In this document: positions 1 to 11,889 of the stretch, piece after piece
Numbering within the stretch: the first letter of the stretch is position 1
How the letters are laid out: every line of letters begins with the position of its first letter
NCBI GenBank assembly: GCA_951406725.2
Contig: OX597815.1
Location: 187,302,001-187,366,000 of the forward strand
DNA: 64,000 nt
Source: Octopus vulgaris
Lineage: Eukaryota
Reading direction: 5' to 3'
Notes under the pieces: generated by a model
What the model was told of the DNA's origin: nothing
The model's database searches: none
Seen by the model: only the letters and a program-made list of their open reading frames with translations
Translations under genes and position numbers: made by a program

Positions 1-134
1 GTGCCACTGACACAGGTATCACAACTACTATTTCCATTGATATTTGTTTCGATGTTCGTGTACATGCACTTGACTCAACAGGTCTCCTCATATATGTGTA
101 TATATATGTATGCATGTATATGTATGTATGCATG

Positions 135-166
<32 letters not shown>

Positions 167-1258
167 TGTATGTATATGTGGTTGTGTGTTTATGTCTGTG
201 TTGTTCCCTTGGAATTACTTGACAACCAATGTTGATGTGTTTGAATCAGGGTAACTTAGAAGTTTGGCAAAACAGACTGATAGAATAAGTCCCATGTTTT
301 AAAAAAGAAATAAGTATTAGGATCTTCAAGGCAGTGCCCCAGCATGGCCACAGTCTAATGAATGATACAAGTAAAAGAACTTTTTTTTCTTAAATTTATT
401 TGAGTTAACGAGCCATTAAAGAAAGTCACCAATTATCGAATAATCTAAAATTTTAAAAAAAGGTGTAAAATATTTGCAGGGGGTGGGGGGCTTAAGTACC
501 AGTAGAAGATAGATGCGTAAAAGACATGGACTTTGAAAATTATGAAAACATATAAAAAAAAACATAAAAAAAGTTTAAATGATGCAGAGATTAACAATTT
601 CATATGCAAAAATTAAAAATAGTAAAGAAAAATTAAAGATAATTATAATAAAACTTAGGGGTTTTATGAATTTGCCAGAGATACTGGAGCAAGTAGATTA
701 TGAATAAAATTAAAGAAGAAAATGCCAAAATGAAGACAGCCTTACTGAATTTATTAAAAAAGCATGAGAAAGCTTGACCTTACTGTGAAAAGCACTTCTA
801 AGCAGTCAGACAATAGAACATATTTTTGGTGTCAATAACACAGCTCTTAAGAAACTAGAGCCAGTTTTGTAGTATCTATTATGTACAAACTGTTAAATAC
901 AACATTTAATTGTTTCTCTGAATTCACAATTGAAGCACTGATTTAGTTTTATTTGCCCATTATTACTATCATATTTTCAGATCTCTATTTTTTTTTTTTA
1001 TTAAACCGATATAGCTGGCCATAAAAAGAAAGATGAAAACAACCTTGTTATTATAAATGAAGTGTTTGAGTACAATAAACAAAATACTTTGTTTATGTGG
1101 CTCTCTTTCTAACCCTCCTCATCCACTCTCACATATTATATACACTATAAATAAATAAATAAATAAATAAATGTGTGTATAACATCACAAGAGCATTCAA
1201 AATCCATGTCACCATCTTGAACAGTATTAATGATTTTTATATGCAGTAAGTTTTAAAG

Positions 1259-1724
1259 ATATTAATTTTTAACACTAATGTAAAAGCGGTGTTATTCTAT
1301 GGGGCTGAGACATGGCGAACAACAGTTAAGTCAAATAAGCAAATACAATCATTCATCAACAGATGCTTGCGTAGTATACTTAAAATTAGATGGCCCGAAT
1401 ACACAAGTAATATGGAGCTATGGCAAAGAACAAATGAAGTTTCAATTAGGGAGCAAATATTTAAGAAAAAGTGGAAGTGGATTGGTAGCACAATTAGAAA
1501 AGACACACCAAATGTAGCGAAAAGTGCTTTACAGTGGAATCCGGATGGATATAGAAAGAGAGGTAGGCCTAAGAACTCGTGGCATAGATCAACACAAAAG
1601 GAACTAGAGAAAGGGGGACATTCATGGCAGAGTATAAGTACAGAAGTGAAAAATTATGCGACATGGAATTCAACTATAAGTGGCCTATACTCCGCGTTGG
1701 AGGGCTAAAGGCAGGAAAAAAAAA
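1259..1724 (+). mobile_element. 5'-truncated RTE-clade LINE, ORF C-terminus
   Basis: ORF 1289-1708 reads (IFNTNVKAV)LFYGAETW...RCLRSILKIRW...SNMELW...KWKWIG...ALQWNPDGYRKRGRPKNSW, typical of the post-RT region of RTE elements. A short A tail follows, with an imperfect flanking repeat aagttttaaag/aagtttaaaag. Confidence 0.9.
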
Positions 1725-1958
1725 GTTTAAAAGCAACGATCTTTCACTCTGAGTACATAAATAAAACAGTGAAAATCAAAGTGAAAAGCAAACAATCACA
1801 GTTTTCGTTTCATAGAAAGAATACTCGTGCCTTACAGTTGTAAAAATTATACCAGCTAAATTCTTGTAAGTAATCCAAGAAGAGACTGTCTGTAGTTCCT
1901 TGCATGATATGACATTCACCTTTGGTAAAACCCCATATCTCTTGTACTCATATATAAT

Positions 1959-2610
1959 CTTTTCTACTCTAGGCACAAAGGCCTGAAATTTTGGGGGAGG
2001 GGGCCAGTCGATTAGATCGACCCCAGTATGCAACTGGTACTTAATTTATCGACCCTGAAAAGATGAAAGGCAAAGTCAACCTCGGCAGAATTTGAACTCA
2101 GAACATAAAGACAGATGAAATACTGCTGAGCGTTTCACCCAGCATGCTAACATTTCTGCCACCCTGTACGCCTTATATAATCTCTTCTACTCTAAGCACA
2201 AGGCCTAAAATTTGGGGAGTGTAGGGCCATTCGATTAGATCAACCCCAATACGCAACTGGTACTTAGGATGAAAGGATGAAAGGCAAAGTCAACCTCGGC
2301 GGAATTTGAACTCAGAATGTAAAGACAGACAAAATACCGCTAAGCATTTCGCCCAGCATGCTAACGTTTCTGCCAGCCTGTGCGTCTTATATATTCTTTT
2401 CTACTCTAGGCACAGGGCCCGAAATTTTTGGGGAGGCAAGGCCAGTCGATTAGATCAACCTCAGTACACAACTGGTACTTAATTTATCGACTCCGAAATG
2501 ATGACAGGCAAAGTTGACCTCGGCAGAATTTGAACTCAGAACGTAAAGACAGATGAAATACCACTAAGCATGTCACCCGGCATGCTAACATCTCTACAAG
2601 CTCGCTGTCT
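1959..2610 (-). mobile_element. Three tandem copies of a tRNA-derived Nin-domain-like SINE (family B)
   Basis: Three ~215-bp units each contain ggatgaaaggcaaagtc.acctcggc.gaatttgaactcagaa. The trimer is flanked by tcttgtactcatatataat (1940-1958) and tcttgtgctcatatataat (2611-2629). Confidence 0.9.
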
Positions 2611-2811
2611 TCTTGTGCTCATATATAATGTGACATCAATGGGATCTACTGAACGAAGACTGATCTGACTACGGGGTTTCACAATCATTTTGTTTTCACT
2701 TTGTTTGCCATTATATCTTGTGTCTTGTTTCTTTTTTCATTGTTTCGGTCATTAGACTGTGGCCATGCTGGAGCACTGCCTCTAATTTTAGTTGAATGAA
2801 TTGACCTCGTT

Positions 2812-3222
2812 TACTCTTTTACTTGTTTCAGTCATTTGACTGTGGCCATGCTGGAGCACCGCCTTTAGTTGAGCAAATCGACCCCAGGGCTTATTCTTTG
2901 TAAGCCTAGTACTTATTCTATCAGTGTCTTTTGCCGAACTGCTAAGTTACGAGGACGTAAACACACCAGCATCAGTTGCTAAGCGATGTTATGGGGACAA
3001 ACACAGACACACAAACATATACACACACATACATATATATATATATACATATATACGACGGGCTTCTTTCAGTTTCCATCTACCAAATCCACTCACAAGG
3101 CTTTGGTCGGCCCGAGGCTATAATAGAAGACACTTGCCCAAGGTGCCACGCAGTGGGACTGAACCCGGAACCATGTGGTTGGTAAGCAAGCTACTTACCA
3201 CACAGCCATTCCTACGCCTATA
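2812..3222 (-). mobile_element. Full-length tRNA-derived SINE (family A, CORE-like, internal TA/CA microsatellite)
   Basis: On the minus strand: A/B boxes (tggctgtgtggt...ggttcagtccc), ccttgggcaagtgtctt core and tail gactgaaacaagtaaaagag. Partial copies flank it at ~2740-2810 and ~3240-3430, and a 3' part lies at ~160-380 (+). Confidence 0.9.
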
Positions 3223-3424
3223 GTACGCCCTGAGTACTTTTTTTAAAACTTAGTACTTATTTTATCAGTCATAAAACACACCATACACCATAAAACCATA
3301 AAACACACCAACACCAGTTGTCAAACAGTGGTGGGGACAAACACACACACACACACACAGACACACATGGCTGGCTTCGTTCAGTCCTAATCTACCAAAC
3401 CCATTCACAAAATTTTAGTCAACA

Positions 3425-3675
3425 CACCATTTGAACATGGTTGATGCCAGTGCTGACTGACTGACCATCCCTTCCATGCCAGGGAAATCTAAAAAGCACC
3501 CACTACACTCACGGAGTGGTTGGTGTTAGTAATGGCATCCAGCTGTAGAAACATTACCAGATCAGATTGGAGCCTGGTGTGGCCTCCTGGCTTGCCAATC
3601 CCTAGTCAAACCGTCCAACCCATGCCAGCATGGAAAACGGACATTAAACGATGATGATGATGATGATGATGATGT
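3425..3675 (+). mobile_element. SINE family C with (GAT)n tail
   Basis: aaagcacccactacactc...ggcatccagctgtagaaac...ccaacccatgccagcatggaaaacggacattaaac(gat)n. Confidence 0.85.
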
Positions 3676-3678
3676 TAC

Positions 3679-4557
3679 TCAAAGGAGTACAATGTTGCTC
3701 AAAGGTGTATGAAACCAGCATATACTGTCAGGCCCCGCTGTTGATGTTGGGGGTTGCGTCTTATGCCTTGACCTGAGCATAGAACAATGCTCGCCTCTTT
3801 GAGTTGGGAAATTAATGGAATGCCTGATGTGTGTCTTGTTGTGACTGCCCCCTCCTAAAAAAATGGGGAACAGGCCCGGGTATATGCATATGTATCTTTT
3901 GTGACCAATATAACATTCCAAACTTTTCCATTAGTCATTTGATTTTGGATATTTTTCTGTTCTTATAGATTGGCAATAGAATTACTGTTATGGTAGCTGC
4001 AGGAGGAATTACAACTGTGTTTCATGGTCTGCTACCACAACAGCTCCTTTATAGGATCCAGTTAGCTCAAGACATCATCACGAGGAACCACGTCCGGTTT
4101 CAGCCCCTACTCCTCTACCGTTTTGACGTGCCCCGCCCTTTCGGAGGTGTCTTCAGCTGTAGTGGTGGGTGCATGTCTTCTTTCTTCTTTCTTCTGTTCC
4201 CTGGCTTCTTCGATGTAGCTTCAATGAGTGTCAGCGGGCAACTGACTAGCTTGTCAAATTTTTCCCTTTAAATACCTGCCGCTAGGCTCCCGCAGACAGC
4301 TCCAGCTAGTTGTCACGTGACACTGTCTCAACTTTAACTGACCAATGAAGATGCATAGTCTTAGCCCACGCATTCTCTAAATGACCGTCACCTGTCAGTC
4401 AGCGAAGCTAATTCAGTGTCAGCTTGTCTCACCAAGTGATGTTATTTCCCACCAGCATGTTATGACTTTCAAGCCATTTTTGGTCTTCCTGCTTCAGCCA
4501 TATATAACTTGTACGATATTTAGCAAATTTGAAGTTACAGTTGAGGCCGTGTCTACA
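3679..4557 (-). mobile_element. Probable Ty3/gypsy LTR plus deleted gag relic
   Basis: The minus strand starts TGTAG at 4557 and contains ATTGG and a TATTTAAA box. A PBS-like ttggtcac lies near 3905, and the ORF 3679-3921 ends in ICWFH, resembling the CW(Y/F)H motif of invertebrate gypsy Gag. The segment is GC-richer than its flanks. Confidence 0.4.
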
Positions 4558-4566
4558 TGTGGTAAA

Positions 4567-5292
4567 TCTTTTACTTGTTTCAGTCATTAGACTGTGGCCA
4601 TGCTGGGACATTGTGTCGGAGAATTTTTAGACAACCAAATCAACCCCAGTGCCTATCTTTTTATTTCTTAAGTGTGGTACATATGCTATCAGTCTCTATT
4701 CTTGAACTGCTAAGTTAAAGGGATGTAAACACACCAACACCAGTTATCAAGCAGTGGTGTGGGACAAACACAGATACACACACATATATATATATTTACG
4801 TATATATACAATGTGGAGGTGCAATGGCCCAGTGGTTAGGGCAACGGACTTGCAGTCAGAGGATCGTGGTTTCGATGCCCAGATCGGGCGTTGGGTGTGT
4901 TTATTGAGCGAAAGCACCTAAAAGCTCCACTAGGCTCTGGCAGGGGGTGGTGGTGACCCCTGTTGTACTCTTTCGCCACAACTTTCTCTCACTCTCTCTC
5001 CCTGCTTCTTGAGTAACACTGCGATGGACTGGTGTCCCGTCCAGCTGGGGGGAACACATACTCCACAGAAACCGGGCCCATGAGCCTGGCTAGGCTTGAG
5101 AAGGGTGACGTTTATTGTTTTATATATACAATGGGTTTCTTTCAGTTTCCATCAACCAAATGTACTCACAAGGCTTCAGTCGGCCTAAGGCTATAGTAGA
5201 AGACACTTGCCCAAGGTGCCATGCAGTGAGACTGAACCCGGAACCATGTGGTTGGGAAGCAAGTTTTTTACCATACAGTCACACCTGTGCCT
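4567..5292 (-). mobile_element. SINE family A, split by an insertion in its internal (TA)n
   Basis: Tail at 4567-4800 and head at 5115-5292; tatatatacaatg is repeated on both sides of the insert. Confidence 0.85.
4813..5113 (+). mobile_element. tRNA-derived SINE family D nested in family A
   Basis: Head gtggaggtgcaatggcccagtggttagggc...ggtttcgatgccc; related copy at 62605-62960. Confidence 0.8.
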
Positions 5293-6231
5293 ACATGTCT
5301 AAATGTTTAACTTTTTCACAATGTTCTCGAAATGAAAGATCATCTACCATTTATTAGCATGGTTGGGGGAATAGATTCTGATGCTCTGAACTTCAAAATA
5401 AAAATCCAAATGCTATGATTTTTTTTTTTTTAAAACAAAATGCTCAACATTTTATGGTAGAGGTGGGGTTTCAAAACCTACTCTTAAACAAATGTGCAAT
5501 AATTTTTCCTCTTTGAAAGTTTTTTTTAAAAAAATTATCATTGTGGTTTGCAATTAAGGTGTGATATTTTGTTCTTCATTTTCTGTGATGCTAAATTAAA
5601 TTCAATAGTCCATTTAGTCCAGCATTTAATGATTCAGTGTCAATTCTCTATAGAGAATCATTTAGAATTTTTCCTGTTATTGCATCTCTGTTATGTTCTT
5701 GTTTAAAATGGAATATAAATTTGGGAAATGTTACTGTTTACTATACAATGACCACTTTGGCAAATATATTATTCACTTGACCTAGGGACCTTCCACCAGT
5801 AATTATTAACTGCCACTTTTGCTGTATTTTTCAGTAAATTTTTAACTTTCAGTTTCAACAATTTTTTATTTATTTAATAAAAATTCCTTTTAATTTTGTT
5901 TTTATGTGAAGATGTGAAATCCAATAACTTTTTTAACCATTTAATTACTTGCTCATACTAATTGTACAGCATAAAAAGCAAAACTATGATATAACCTGAT
6001 TGATATTATTCATTATCAACATGAAATCAGCAGGTATGATGAAAAAAACTCCTCACTTTACATTTAACCTATTATAATACAATTTGAAGTAATGCACTGG
6101 TGCCATATAAAAGGTACCTGTGCAGGTGTCACATAAAAATTACCTGTGCAGGTGTCACATAAAAATTACCTGTGCAGGTGTCACATAAAATGCTTCTGTG
6201 ATGTTGCCACATAGAATGCACCCAGTTCTCT

Positions 6232-7017
6232 CTGTGTACTGGGTGCATTCTATATGGCAACACCTGTATACTGGGTGCATTCTATGTGGAAACACCTGTG
6301 TATTGGGTGCATTCTATGTGGCAACACCTGTGCACTGGGTGCATTCTATGTGGCAACACCTGTGTACTGGGTGCATTCTATGTGGCTATACCTGTATACT
6401 GGGTGCATTCTATGTGGCAACACCTGTGTACTGGGCACATTCTATGTGGCAACACCTGTGTATTGGGTGCATTCTATGTGGCAACACCTGTGTACTGGGT
6501 GCATTCTATGTGGCAACACCTGTGTACTGGGTGCATTCTATGTGGCATCACCTGTGTAGTGGGTGCATTCTATGTGGCATCACCTGCATACTGGGTGCAT
6601 TCAATGTTGCAACACCTGTGCACTCAGTGCATTCTATGTGACATCACCTGTGTAGTGGGTGCATTCTATGTGGCATCACCTGCATACTGGGTGCATTCAA
6701 TGTTGCAACACCTGTGCACTCAGTGCATTCTATGTGACATCACCTGTGTAGTGGGTGCATTCTACATGGCATCACCTGCATACTGGGTACATTCAATGTT
6801 GCAACACCTTTGCACTCAGTGCATTCTATGTGGCATCACCTGTGTAGTGGGTGCATTCTATGTGGAATCACCTGCATACTGGGTGCATTCTATGTGGTGA
6901 CACCTGTGTACTGGGTGCATTCTATGTGGCATCACCTGTGTAGTGGGTGCATTCTATGTGGCATCACCTGCATACTGGGTGCATTCTATGTGGTGACACC
7001 TGTGTACTGGGTGCATT
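6232..7017. repeat. 32-bp minisatellite, ~24.5 copies, with 96-bp higher-order units
   Basis: Unit cacctgtgtactgggtgcattctatgtggcaa, period 32 (cacc at 6261, 6293...). Trimeric variants recur at 6549, 6645 and 6741. Confidence 0.95.
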
Positions 7018-7033
7018 TAGTCTTTTTTGCCAA

Positions 7034-7172
7034 TAAAGTGGTTGGCATTAGGTAGGGCATCCAGCTACTGGAGCCTTGCTACAACAGACAATTAGAGCCT
7101 GGTGCAGCTCTCCAGTTTGCCAGCTCCTGTGAAACCACCAACTTTTGCCAGCATGGAAAATGATGATGAGGA
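7034..7172 (+). mobile_element. 3' end of the family C SINE hosting the 32-bp array
   Basis: agtggttggcattaggtagggcatccagc...gccagcatggaaaa(tga)n. The 5' repeat units of the same element lie at ~6095-6227. Confidence 0.75.
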
Positions 7173-7263
7173 GGATTTCGTTTTGTTGCTTAGAAAGGGA
7201 AAATATTGAAGTAGGAAAAGATCAGCATCATGAAATGAAACTAAAATAATGTTCAGTGAGAGT

Positions 7264-7700
7264 CACGGGTGTGGCTTTGTGATCAGAAGTTTGCTTTTCA
7301 ACCACATGGTTCTGAGTTCAGTCCTACTGTGTAGCACCTTGAGCAAGTGTCTTCTGCTATAACCTTGGGCCCACCAAAGCCTTGATTTTGTAGACAGAAA
7401 CTGAAAGCAGTCTGCTGCATATATACATGTGTGTGTGAGTGTATGTGTGCATGAACATGTGTATATGCATGCGTGCATGCATGTGTGTGTGTGTGTGTCT
7501 TGGTGGTCTGTTTGTCCTAACCCACCACCACTTGACAACCGATGTTAGTGTGTTTACACTTCTGTAACTTAGCAGTTCATAAAAAAAAAGGAAAAAACGA
7601 TAGAAAGTAGTGAGCTAAAAAAAAAATTGAGTTCTGTAATCGATTTGTTTGACTAAAATTCTTCAAGACGGTGCCCCAGTATGACCATACCAAGTAAAGA
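7264..7700 (+). mobile_element. SINE family A (diverged)
   Basis: gtgtggctttgtg...gagttcagtcc...ccttgagcaagtgtctt...ggtgccccagtatgacc. Confidence 0.8.
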
Positions 7701-7909
7701 ACAGTTCTTGTCTAAATTCAGCAATTAAATGAAATTATAAGAATGTTTCTCTTTGGAATTTAACGTCTATCTCGAAACTGTTTATGCATAGAAGAAACGA
7801 CCGACCTTGTTTATACAACAAGCGCCTGAGAGAATCGTGAACAACATCATTAACATTGATGAGCTGACTGAAAGGAAATTGTGTCATACGTGATATTTGT
7901 GTTAATACA

Positions 7910-8318
7910 ATGAGCATTCAAAGTACAATTTACTCTCTTGCATCATTACGATTAATTCATAATTCAGTGGTGTGCTGTAATGAACCAAAGCATTTGGCGG
8001 ATCACCATGTACATTTAGATGGGAAAGTTTGGCTGTGTTTTGTATGGCAGGCATTTCCGAAGTATTAGACAATATTTTTTCTTCTCTGAGTTTCATTCAT
8101 GTCCCATTGCCGTGTAGAGCTTATGTATTCACAGGCAGCAGTTGACTGCAAACAGTATATTGTTATGGAGCAGGTTGGTGTTACCAGAGAAGCGATTAGC
8201 TAAGTGGTATATGACTATTTTAGAGATGTGTGTGCTACATGATATATCAACCATCCTACGCAAATTTGCAGAAACTGTATAATCATAGAAATTTGACAAA
8301 CTGAAGTTCATGCATTAT
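7910..8318 (+). pseudogene. Merlin / IS1595 (ISXO2-like) DDE transposase relic, N-terminal half
   Basis: Manual translation across frameshifts gives LRLIHNSVVCCNEP...LDGKVWLC...RSIRQYFFFSEFH...YFRDVCAT*YINHPTQICRNCIIIEI/DKLKFMH. This matches the Merlin pattern DGxxWRC...SIR.GSFF...FCRDVC...IGGPGxxVEIDESKF. Confidence 0.7.
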
Positions 8319-8597
8319 AATATTATCATAGTTTTTATCTAACTTTATTGTTCCAAACTAATTGCAAAACAAGTGATATGAAAAATTTATAATAAAAAAA
8401 GAAATAACTAGAACATAGTCAAGACTATTGAAAAGGTTGCAAGACGCAATGAAAATTTTAGGAAAATAAAAATAAGAAAAAAGTGGAAATTTTACCGGTG
8501 AGTGTGTTACACACAATAGAACATAGTTGTTTTTTTTTAAATAAAACTTATATAACAGTCAAAAGCTATTCTCCATATATACAAATATATATACATA

Positions 8598-8762
8598 GAG
8601 GTGCAGTATGGCTGTGTGGTAAGAAAGCTTGTTTCCCAAACACATGGTTCCAGGCTCGGTCCCACTATGCGTGTGGAACCTTGGGCAAGTGTCTTCTACT
8701 ATAGCCTCAGGCTGACCAATGCCTTGTGAGTGGATTTGGTGGACAGAAACTGAAAGAAGCCT
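8598..8762 (+). mobile_element. SINE family A, 5' half
   Basis: aggtgcagtatggctgtgtggtaag...ccttgggcaagtgtcttctactatagcc...aaactgaaagaagcc. Confidence 0.8.
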
Positions 8763-8860
8763 GTGTTACTTGTCCTGTTTTCAATTTGTTTGCGTATTTA
8801 ACTCGCTTGTTTTTGTATTTCAAGTTATTTACAGTTGGTGACACCCTGTACCCATATATG

Positions 8861-8947
<87 letters not shown>

Positions 8948-8948
8948 A

Positions 8949-9156
8949 CTTTATTAAAAAGCAGCAAAAATATCACGAAAACTGTTACTCAGAGTTTCAC
9001 ATTACTGTTCGTCGAACAAAACTGTCCAACAAACGGGAACATGAAACTCTGAGTAACAGATTTTGTAATTTTTTTGCTACTTTTCAATAAAGCATATTAC
9101 TCTACCTCTGGTATTCGAGTACCATTTTTTCCATATTTATGTGCTTACTCTGGTAT
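8949..9156. mobile_element. Hairpin + tail element in microsatellite (Penelope-like inverted pLTR relic), family H1
   Basis: Inverted repeat 8949-9092 (ctttattaaaaagcagc...gctacttttcaataaag) followed by the unpaired tail catattactctacc.ctggtatt.gagtac. It is flanked by (TG)n/(TA)n, and a sister copy lies at 14231-14397. Confidence 0.75.
9017..9065 (+). ncRNA. Decayed minimal type I hammerhead ribozyme motif (mirror copy on the - strand at ~8977-9017)
   Basis: ctgt-[CCAACAA; other arm TCGACGA]-acg GGAA cat-GAAA-ctctgag-TA-acag. This gives stem I ctgt/acag, stem II with a GNRA loop, a palindromic stem III actc.gagt and a GUA cleavage triplet. The core differs from CUGANGA by U4C plus CpG decay. 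Confidence 0.55.
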
Positions 9157-9739
9157 ACACACACACACATATATATATATATACATATATATATTTTATA
9201 TTATTATTTAATTGAACACCAAGCATCCATTTCCAAGTAAGTTTATCTTAACCTTTTTGATGTGACTCTACTCTATACTGTTTTCTCTCCCATCCTTCTC
9301 TAATTCCTTTTTAATCCACTTCACCGTTTCCTATTTCTCTCTCTCTCTCTCCCTTGCCATCTTACTCTTTTTCTCTCTTTCATTGCTCACACATAACCAT
9401 TGTCCATCTTTCTTTTCCTGCATGGATTTTCTAGGACTGGATGTCTTCTGTCTTTTCTCTCTTCAAAAAAAATATTTCTTCCAGCGTTCACTATCTTTCT
9501 CCTCTTTGTTTGTTTTCGTTCAGTTTCCTTGTATGTTTCCACTGTCCTGTTTTTGTTCCCAACTTTGACACTCCATAAAATCAAAAATTTATTTTGGAAG
9601 TCATGGGAGCAACTGTCTTCAAACTGTCCACTACTTTATTTGGCATTGTTTTCATTAAGGTATGGGCAGCCTTCCTATGACATGAAAATCTTCAGTTACC
9701 AAGTAACGATTTAGCAGATAATTTCCTTTCACTCTGTAA

Positions 9740-9890
9740 GTTGGTTGGTGCTAGAAAGGGGATCCAGCCATAAAAACTGCCAAAAACAGACAGTGATGTC
9801 TGGTGTAGTCTTCTGACTTGCTAGCTCCTATTGAACTGTCCAACCCATGCCAGCATGGAAAATGGACATTAAATAATGATGATGATGATT
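9740..9890 (+). mobile_element. SINE family C, 3' fragment
   Basis: ctgtccaacccatgccagcatggaaaatggacattaaataat(gat)n. Confidence 0.75.
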
Positions 9891-11889
9891 ATAATGATTG
9901 TTTTTAAATGATCATAAAACGAAAGATCACCAAAATGTTGAGTGAGAGGTTAAAAGTTACTTTCTTTATACCAATGTGTTTTTGCCTTTTATAAATATTG
10001 GATTTATTCCTTTTTTGTTTAAATCATATTTTAGGCTGCAAACTTTAAAATAATCAATAGAATTTTTTTTTCTCAATATATGTCACACATTCTTTAGAAT
10101 CTCGAATAAAAATAAAGCACTTTTGAAAGCCAAATTGGTAAGAATTTCAAGAGAAACAATTCTGACACTCAGCTACTTTCATTTGGAAAAAAAGTTACAA
10201 AATTTTTTTACAATTGAAAATTTTTCTTATTCAAAAACATTAAGACGAAAAAATTTAGAATTCCATTTTATTTACGCATTGATTAGATAGCTTATCATAA
10301 TGAGTTAATTCATAAAAATTAAAAAGGTGATCCTTCTGAGATGCTATCACTAAGATTAAAAGGAAAATCTGCAATTTGAGGAAATCTTTTTCTCATGTTT
10401 TACAATTTGCCCATGTTTATACATATGTATTTATGTGTGTGCATGTATGTATGTTTGTGTATGTAAGTATGGGCATGTATGTGCTTATGTGCATGTTTGT
10501 ATAAAATTAAAGAAATAGAATATTTTTACGGAAATTGCCGATGTTCACTTTCACGTTGGTGATACCATCTCCGAAGGATCGCCATAAAGAAAAATTTAAT
10601 CTTTGTTGTTCAGCTCTGGAACAGATATATATATATATATTCTTGAAGGCATTCCATCAATGACCACCATGTCTTGTTTTCAATTACACTACCTCATACA
10701 ACATTTTACCATATAACCTTTTTTTTTTCTTTTTAATATCGTAGGATGTGATTGTAGAGTTTTGGCTGCTCTTTCTAGCAGGTCGAGTGACAGCATAGAT
10801 GTCTGCTTGCTTAATAAAGAGTAAATGGTTAATGGCTGTTTTAGACTGCATCATTATATAAGAAATACAGCAGTCTCAATATGAAGCAATTAGTTATAAC
10901 AATATAAGTCATTAGCAAAAAAGTCGATGACTAATATTAATACTCGAGCGGAAAAACCTATTTTTTTTTAATTTGATGAAAAAAAATATTACTGTAAATT
11001 TATTTATTTTGTAGTTTGACCTAAACTTCATTGGTTTATATAATCACCGAATCTTGATGCGTTTATTTTTTTTATTCTTTCATTTAAAAAAATGATTTAT
11101 TAAAAATTGCTTCTGTTTCATTCTTATAATTATTAACGAGACCCCGCAAATATTCATATTTCCTGATAACTATGATGAAGTAGGCATAACTACACTTTCG
11201 TGCCCCACTCACTCCCCTTTTTTTTTCATCTTTCCAACATTCTAATTAATGTATATTTATATGAAATTTCGTAAAGGCACGTTTTCGAACATGTAGATGA
11301 TGATTATGTTGATGAAATTTGAGAAAAATAATTTCATTAAGTTTTATTTCTTATTTAGAAAAACTCCACACCTTTTAAACTAGTAACTTGCTTATAACCA
11401 TTACACAACATAAAAAAAATGTATGGCTTTATCCTGGTTGATATTACCCCATTATGAACATTAAATTGGAAGACACGATCAAAAGATCCCCTCCTAGATA
11501 ATGTCTAACATACAATAATACCAAAGCGAAGGTATTCAATGAAAAATATCTTCGATTATTTTTTTATTGTCTTTCAATTTCATGCTGATAGTGAATCAGT
11601 CTAATGTCGTAGATTGTTTTAAGCAATGACCATTAGCAAGCTATTGAATGGCTAAATAGGTGTGGATTTCTTTTCTTTCTGAGTAAAAAAAAAAATTATC
11701 AACATAATCGTCCGCTACACCATCGAAAACAGTGTTTAATTACGATTATGTCGATGCAAAATTTCATTAAAAAATATGAGGCGGGCATTTTACAGAGTCG
11801 TAATCTCCCTACTTCTATAAATTTATGACTGTGTTTTAGGTGCCATGGCCAGAATGTAGGACGGAGGCAATCATGTCCGGTCACAATTC

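Noticed and set aside
400-800. A-rich L1/Tx1-like ORF2 traces (also ~22150-22450)
   Set aside because: Only a few residues resemble known motifs; too degenerate to support by eye.
4085-4170. Minus-strand CTGAAGA...GAAA hammerhead candidate in the LTR relic
   Set aside because: No consistent stem I or stem II pairing could be built.
6198-7055. Cys/His-rich repetitive ORFs resembling a metal-binding protein
   Set aside because: The 32-bp unit is not a multiple of 3, the same peptides appear in all frames, and the array derives from a SINE.
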